A stretch of 64,000 bases of DNA from Podarcis gaigeae (lineage: Eukaryota): NCBI GenBank assembly GCA_964106915.2, contig OZ066925.1; one strand, 5' to 3'. The notes beneath the pieces were generated by a model. It did no database searches, had not been told where the DNA came from, and saw only the letters and a program-made list of their open reading frames with translations. Positions 56,461-64,000 of this stretch are shown in pieces. The first letter of the stretch is position 1, and each line of letters opens with the position of its first letter. Position numbers and translations under genes: made by a program.

Positions 56461-59400
56461 ATCACAGTTCAGTGAGAACAGGTTCAGAAGCAAAAGTAGG
56501 CAGAGGAACAATAAATTTTATCTTTGTACAGTCGGCTAGTTCCAACACACACACACACCTCTCTCCATTATCCAGACAAGCAAGAGACACTATCAATGTT
56601 CGAGCACACATTCCAGACAGGCAAAAAACACTTGGGCTGCAAAGCAAAGCCAGTGAGGAGTGTTGCCAAGGGAGAGGGTGCATGGCTTGGGGACAGTTCT
56701 GAGGGTCAGTAAAAGAGGACTTCAGGACCACATCTGGCTCCTGGGCCTGAGGTTCCCACCCGTGATCTGAACATCAGAGAACTAAAACTTGATTCACAAG
56801 TTGGATGCAATTTTTGCAGCTTGTATAAAGTACATCCACAAAGTTTAGGCAGATTCATTCAGAAGAAATTCTGGCATGGTTTGAACTGAACAACCTGGGC
56901 AAAATTTCATACCAATGACTAACTGTGGTTTGGCATCCACACAATATATCTCCATTGGCAACTGTACCTCCAGTATAGCTTATGAAATGGGTGTAAATTT
57001 CAGCAGATGGCAATCTTAGTTAAGCTGACATCTCACAGAAGAAAGGGAAACAGCTTAAGAGAAAGTTATGATCAGGTGAAAGCACAAAGAATGAGATAAA
57101 TTCTGGGTCTATATGAATTTAAGGGGGGACAGCTTTTCAAAGACAATCAAAAGATATCTATTATAGAATAGTGGAATCAAAAAATGTGAGATGGCTTTGT
57201 AAGCCATTTAGTTCAATCCCCTGCTCAGGGTCAGTGTTATCAGCTCAACAACCTGGCAGGGCCCACCACTAATACCTGCCTGCCCCTTTTAAACTCTGCC
57301 ACAGCACTCTAAACACTAGGCAGCTGGGTCTAGCAGCAATTTTCAGTTCTCACAATGACCCATCACAGCATCATTCTATGGCATTGAAGAAAATTAAAGT
57401 GGCAGTCCCACAGTCACATGATGCTGCTTGGGAGAATTACTGCTGCCCACCAACAGTGCCAGGGTAGTGTGCTAGCACTTACCAATTGGAGACCACTAAA
57501 GGACACTTTGCTCAGGGCCCCCTCAACTTGTAGTCAGCCTTGGGAGGTTCAATAAGAGATTTAGTCAGATAAAAAACACTATACTAATGCTACCAAAGGG
57601 AAGTCCCAAGAGTTAGCTGTTTTGCATTAGTTGTGCTTTAAAAATTATGTTTAGTTTGAGAAGTCTCATTTCTAAAGTTCCAGAATAATAATAAGCTAAT
57701 TTTCTTAATTCATACATCTTCACAACAATTCTGTTAATATGGCCAATTTTATTCCCTCTTACTATGTGCGTCATTCACTCATATTCAAGGTGAGACTGCC
57801 CTATCTAACACAGCAAGGAAAATATTGTGATATGTATTATCAGCTCTCTAAAAATGCTGCATGCTTCTAGAAATTATCTGATAGTTCCCTTGGTATTTGT
57901 GCAATAGCAGCTAGGGACTTTCAGTGTTTCATATCAAAGAGCAGATATAAAAAAGAACAGGAAAAAAAGAAAGTAGAGTTTTTCAAAATAAACAGTCTCC
58001 AGAGAGCCTTTCGAAAAAGGGTGTTAACCTAAATATAGGCGCCACTGTAGATGTGTTGTTTCCACAGCTCTGCTTATAAATAATGTATATGAATAAAGCT
58101 GGAAAAGTGACTCAACATGTAAAAAAGTCAAGCTTCCTATCTTAGATCCTAAGAAGAGGTATTCAGAAACCAGCATTTTTGCACAGCAGTACACAACTAG
58201 ATGTTTTGCACACGTATGAACAACTGATTAATGATTGAAAGGTAGATGGCAGAAGCAGTATGTCTGATGATCATGGCAATTGAGCATGCCTTCAAAATGC
58301 TTTGTGTTTTATTGAAAGAGTTTCAAAGTCCATATTTTAAGAAAAACAGATATATTTATGTGGTAACAGTATCAGAGTACTATGCAAACATTCTGTAAGC
58401 TTAAGTCTCAAACACGCACACAAGCTAGTAAACACCACTAAACTTAAATGCAGTCTGGATTTACAGCTCTAATCCTTCCCTGAATTGTGGAGTGGGGTGG
58501 ACAGGTGAAGATTGTCTACCCCTAGAGACTATTGGGTTCTGGTGGGTTTCTGAATGCCCTAGGGCAGAGGATTTCAACCTGGGTACTTTGGCACCCTTGG
58601 GTGACAACAATTGGTATGGGGTGCTCCTCCTGCTGCTGCTTTCTGCCTTCCAATCATGTCCCAGAATACTTCTCCCCCTCCGCTTGCTCTCAAGTAGAGT
58701 TGGCTTTGAGGCACCTTACATGCACGAGGGATTTTGTTATGGAGCAGCCTATGCAAAGTGGGAAGTTTGCCTTATTTATTGTGGGGTAAGGGATGGAGGC
58801 TGAGATATCTTCAGTGAGGGGGTGGGGACTGCTCTGGTGCCTGCCTTCTACTCACAAGTAAATACTATCAAGTACATGAAACACCTGGATGGCTAAATCC
58901 AAGCACGTACGTGGGGGGGGGGGGGTGGACAAGGGAAGAGTGCCATTTATGGAAGAGGTTTTTATCCCTGCTCTGGAAAAGGTTTTTTTTTTTATTCCTT
59001 CTGCTTGCATGTAAATCCCACGTCTGTTCTACAGGAAGCTCAAGGTGGTGCATGTGTAAGCTTCCACAGGAACTGGGACCCTTGCCATGCAGGTTTCCAT
59101 CTCCCACGGAAGTCTTCCTGTGGAAACTTACACTTGCAGAGGTCTCTATGGATAGGTTTCCCCTTTTCAGATACCATGCTCAATGTATGCATGAGCCACA
59201 TGAAGAAGCCACATGACCTCAGGCAAAGGCCCAGCCATGTGGCCCCACTGCCCTGTTCTACATGTGGACCCCCTTCATGAGATTAATATGTGAAGAGACT
59301 GCAGTGAGTTCCACTTCTGAGTCAACACATATGGGACTGCATTGCCAAGGATTTAGAGTTATGAATGTTAGTCAATCAGGGGGAAAGGGGCATCATATTT

Positions 59401-60102
59401 AGAAACTAAAGCAGAAAATGTAGAAACTATTGTGTGCAGGTTTATATTCTTTGCAGGGAGTATAGCAGCCCATACTGAGGTAATTTCAGAAGTACATTTA
59501 CCAATGCAATTTGGCACAATATTATTTAGGCATTAAGGTATAATTAATGGGTGAACTTCTTTTTTTAAAGCACTTGGTTAATTATAATTTTGCCCACTAA
59601 GTCACCACCAATGCTGAATTAAGGCTGCAAACCAAAACACAGTTACTTGGGATTAAATATCCCATCCTGAGTACATACATGGGAGTAACTCCTTTGGAAC
59701 TGTGTAGGACTTATGTTCAGAGTAAATATGCACACCATTAATCTAATGGAATTTAATTATGAATAAACATGGATAGAACTGGACTTTAATTGGACTATAA
59801 ATTGCTAAGATGCTAATTTAGCTCCAAAAGTTCTAATCCACCAGCACCCAATTGCAAAAGATATATCAGTTCTCCTACGTTTCATACTTACAGAACTGCA
59901 TACAGTATTATCTGTAGCCAGTTATCAAAACTCAGGAACTTAATACATTATTGTCCATGAGAACAATGCATTTATGGAAACCAGAGGTTTATTTTTCTGA
60001 CCGATTCAAACAGCCCACAGAGTTCCATGTCGATACTAGATTCAGAAACTAAAAATAAACTAAAACTACTTCAAATAGTCTAAGAGCATTCCTGTTGAGA
60101 GA

Positions 60103-60390
60103 TAAGAACATGGAAGAGCCCTGCTAGATCAGTCCAGCATCCTGGCCTTTACTGGCCAGCCAGATACTTCTGTGCTTTCTTACAAAAACTGTACGACAGC
60201 AACAGCTGGCCCCCACTGTCTGACACTCAACAATTGGTGTTTAAGAAGTTGCCTTTGAATGTGAAGCAGTCATTTAACTATTGTGGCTAATATCTATTAA
60301 TCAATTTTTATTATCATTTCCTTTCCTCCTTCCAGCTCTATGATGTACTTTTTGAGACAGTGTGGCCAGAAGTTCACAGAGTATTCTGAA
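60103..60390 (-). mobile_element. CR1 LINE 3' fragment, decayed
   Basis: taagaacatggaagagccctgctagatcagtccagcatcc. Confidence 0.55.
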
Positions 60391-60835
60391 TTGTGTTTAC
60401 CTTAGAGTTACATAAAGTATTTTATTACTGAGGGTTTTATTTGTAAGAGCTCGTTTCAAGGTTGAGGACCAAAATACTACCTCTCATGGGCTTATTAGGT
60501 AGCAGCAGCAGGAGAGCCTGATGTAATATTATTCTGGGGCACTGGGGGAATTAAAAAAGAGGTTTGCAGACCTAGCTGCCTGATATGGAGGCCCACGGTG
60601 TCAACCCGGTGGGCTCTGCTGGAAAGTGGGGACCCAGTAACTGTCTAGGATGTCAGGTGGTGCCACCACACCTGATTTTTAATCCTTCCTTAGCAATCTT
60701 CATTGCTAAATTTGCCTCTCCTTATACAATTCTATCTGATTTATACAATGTGTAAGTCAAACAGAATTGTATTAGCAGAACTACAGTATCTATGTTAAAA
60801 CTGAACATGTATGAGACTATTCAGGAGCCCTACTA

Positions 60836-61002
60836 GGGATGGGTGTTGTAGCTCAGTAGCAGAGCATCTGCTTTGCATGTAGAAGATTCCAGGTTCCGTC
60901 TCCAGGTGGGGCTGAGAGAGACTCCTGCATGAACCCTGGAGAGCTGCTGCTAGTCATTGAGCTAGTCAATGACCTGACTTGTTATAAGGCAACTTCCTAT
61001 GC
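60836..61002 (+). mobile_element. tRNA(Ala-like)-derived squamate SINE, decayed
   Basis: Head gtagctcagtagcagagcatctgctttgcatg; tail ataaggcaacttcctatg, which resembles a common squamate SINE. Confidence 0.65.
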
Positions 61003-62883
61003 CCCTTTGCATGTATTCATATTAATCAAATGTTAAATCAGATAATTAACATTTTATTCAATAGTTAAGAAACATGTTCTGTGAGCTCACTGCCAAATGT
61101 TTTGAAATTCATATTTATTGAATTCTTGTGAAAGTAAATTAGCATTCGGGGTTCTCTTCAGCTTGCCTATGGTATCGTTTGAATTAGGTTATTCTAAGTG
61201 GTTGTGCTTTAATAAAACTGCTGATGAGCCATGATGAATTAATGAGTTTTATAAAAAGAAGTTTGAGATCTTTATAGCTGTCAGTTCCAAATGTAAAAAA
61301 CAAACAAACAAGGGACACTGTGGAGCTGTGGTGCATTCAGGACCAACCTGACTTCACAAGTAACCCAAACACTTGGAACAGCAACATTTTAAGGTGTTCT
61401 AATGAACAAACAAAGGATGGTTTATTCTCCCAATGGGCCTTCACATCTTTCAGGCAGAATGATACACACATGCTTAAAGTAATGGAAGCTCCTGAAATCC
61501 TTAGGAAAAGAAACAAATATAGGTCAGGACTGCACTAACAGAGAGGCTCTTCAAACTATATTATTATTCTATTTTGCTGGAAACAGACTGAAATCTGTTG
61601 TTTATGCAGAGACTTTACACTCAACACTATCAAATCAAATATCTGAACTACTGGTAAATCTTTTTTTCTAGACAACAGACTCTCTTGGAATACAAATGCA
61701 GTTAGTTTCTGCAGTCACTTTACCTGTATTTCTCTTTGCCTGCAAGACAATGCAACACCACATACTACATAGTAAGGTATTATGTACAGACTATTGCTTG
61801 TTTAGTGAGCCCCTTCACTCCTTTCCTTTCCCACAAGCCATGATTAAACCAATGCATCTCTAATTAACCATGTTTTTTCTTTTATCCAAACTGGGAAACT
61901 ATGGCCACATGGATCAAAATTAATCAGAATCTTAAGCCATGGTTTGAAGTCAGTTTAATACCCTAGCAAGCTGTCAGCCAATGTGGTTTGGACAAACTAT
62001 AGTTAACTTAGAGGCTTACTGGTTTGAGCACGGCTTCTGCAAAGGGATGAGCAAAGGGGCTTCATGTGCAGACAAATTGCTTATACATATGACTATATGA
62101 ACCAGGCATTTGAGTCGCAAAAAAGGGCCTTTCCCACATGTTCACTCTAAGTGTGCCAGAATGTATTTTACTGGTGAGAGCAATCTTCCTTCTCCCAAGT
62201 ATTATAAAATACCCCTCAAAATCATAATATGTGGGTATCATTGTTCATTCATACTGTTGTTGTAGACACTATATATACAAAATATGTATTTCCTTGAACA
62301 AGTATTTTACTGTACAAGTATTTTACTGACCTCAGCGTTTAACTGAAACTCTTCAGCATCACTGTTATCATGTAACATGAAAAATGTTGAGCATACCAAT
62401 TATCATTATAAAGAAAGAGAAATAATTACATTTCTAAAAGCTATGTTTTCACATATGCCAGCACACATTTTTAGAATGAATTCATCCTTTGTAATCTCTC
62501 CACTTGTTATCATGGTGCTTGTTAAAATGTCTGTACTGTATAATTTGTTAAATAAGTACTGTATAAACATGTTAGAGTAGCATGAATATAAAAGTAAGAG
62601 TTTAAATGTCACATTGTTATGAGGCTTATGAATTCTTATGCACATGCAGCATTCTTTTCAAACTGCAAGCAGTATTTAAGATAAGGACAGCACATATAAT
62701 CGTTTTAGAATTAAATGGGAAGGTCTTGTTGGAACACTGCACTAGCATTGCTAATAAGGCTAGTTAATTAAAAGTAGTTTCAATATAAATTGCTAGCATT
62801 ATTTGCTTTCAGGGTTGTTGTTTTTCCTTTTAAACCACTTGTAAGCATGAAATAAGGATAATTCTGCTTCATGAAAGTTATTG

Positions 62884-63460
62884 AATGTAAGAAGAGCCCT
62901 TCTGGATCAGACCAAAGGCCCATCCAGTCCAGCATCCTGTTTGCACAATGACCAGACACTAATGGGAAGCCCATAAGCAGGACATGAGCACAGCAGTAGT
63001 CTCCCCACGTGTTCCCCAGCAATTCAGAGACACTGGTATGCCTCTGACACTGGAGGTAGCACACAGCCATCATGACTACTAGCCATGGATAGTCCTCCAT
63101 GAATTTGTCTACCCTCTTTTTAATGCCAACCAAGTTGGTGACCATCACTATATCCTGTAGCATCACTATATCCTGTAGCAAAAGCACTTCTTTTTGCCAT
63201 CAGTCTACCAAAATCCAGCCTATTTGGATGACTCTGGTCCCATGTACTATGACAAGAAGAAAAACATTTCTCTACCCACTTTCTCCAACACATGCATAAT
63301 TTTATATGCCTTAATCAGGTCCTCACTTTTTTCCAAATTAAAAAGGCCCAATGTTGTAACATTTCCTTATGACATTAGCTCTAGCCGGCTGACTATTTTG
63401 ATTGTCATTTTTAGAGGTGGCAACTGGAACTGTACACAGTATCCAAGTATGGTCACACCA
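62884..63460 (-). mobile_element. CR1 LINE 3' fragment
   Basis: - strand translation VMVTNLVGIKKRVDKFMED resembles the CR1 ORF2 end (xFKxGLDKFM). The 3'UTR motif reads aagaagagccc..ctggatcagaccaaaggcccatccagtccagcatc on the + strand. Confidence 0.75.
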
Positions 63461-64000
63461 TAGAATGTCCCAGGCCCTTATAGCAGTCGTTCAGTTGTTC
63501 AGCAGAGTGGGGGAAGTCCCTTTTGAGAAAACCAGGGTTGTTTGTGGATTTTTGTTTAAGCTTTGTTTCACCTTTCCAGAGAAAATGACATGGAAGTAAT
63601 GGGTCTCAAAGTCATGACTAAACTTTCGTGGAACCCAAGTTAAACCAACAAACTCATTTTCTTTTATACGACAGCTTAAATTTCTCCTTACATCTTGCCA
63701 TCATTCTTCAAACTTTTGGGTGAGGAAAAATGCAATTAATGAAGCTAACAACAATTTCCCCAAACCTTTATTGTTTATATTTTTGCTTTCTGCACTCCCT
63801 CTTGTGAATAACAAGAAATATGGTAAGTGTTTTGGAGTAAGAGACAGCTTCATCCTGAAATTTCCTATCAAAACAGGAAACCACCCACAGGGTTTGCACA
63901 CTCTGTATATGTATAACCTAAACCAAGCCCAGTCAGATATGTGGAGTGGGATGAAGCACCTTTTTTTTTGACATATCTAGTCATGCCTAACTCTGTCCCA

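Noticed and set aside
54719-64000. Upstream CACNB2 exons (GSADSYTSRPSDSD... and the alternative N-termini)
   Set aside because: Not found. The rest of the window appears to be intron, so these exons lie outside it.

Overview
Eukaryotic DNA from a squamate reptile, most likely a lacertid lizard (inferred from the Sauria SINE and CR1/L2 repeat content). The + strand carries a complete, intact NSUN6 gene (tRNA/mRNA m5C methyltransferase): a CpG-island promoter near 0.6-1.7 kb and 11 coding exons from 2160 to 22647, encoding 467 aa. The - strand carries the 3' part of CACNB2 (voltage-gated Ca2+ channel beta-2 subunit): SH3, HOOK, GK and C-terminal exons from 54718 down to the stop at 30307, including the alternative HOOK exons 7A (134 nt) and 7B (20 nt). 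The two genes converge tail-to-tail, as in mammals. The introns hold many repeats: two young Sauria SINEs with 13-bp TSDs; tRNA-Lys/CR1-tail, tRNA-Ala-like and 5S-derived SINEs; CR1/L2 LINE fragments; several MITEs, two of them nested inside LINE fragments; a Tc2/pogo-like element carrying a 154-bp tandem array; a probable solo LTR; and a full-length U6 snRNA copy. There is a 148-nt assembly gap at 44390-44537. Nearly all ORFs in the supplied track are spurious. I found no new protein-coding system. The best leads are the sense-strand U6 copy with an intact METTL16 nonamer in the last NSUN6 intron, a long-TIR MITE with a 4-bp TSD (Sola2-like), the satellite-carrying transposon, and splicing-regulatory features in the CACNB2 HOOK region. 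Homolog comparisons are against sequences recalled from memory; no database search was run.
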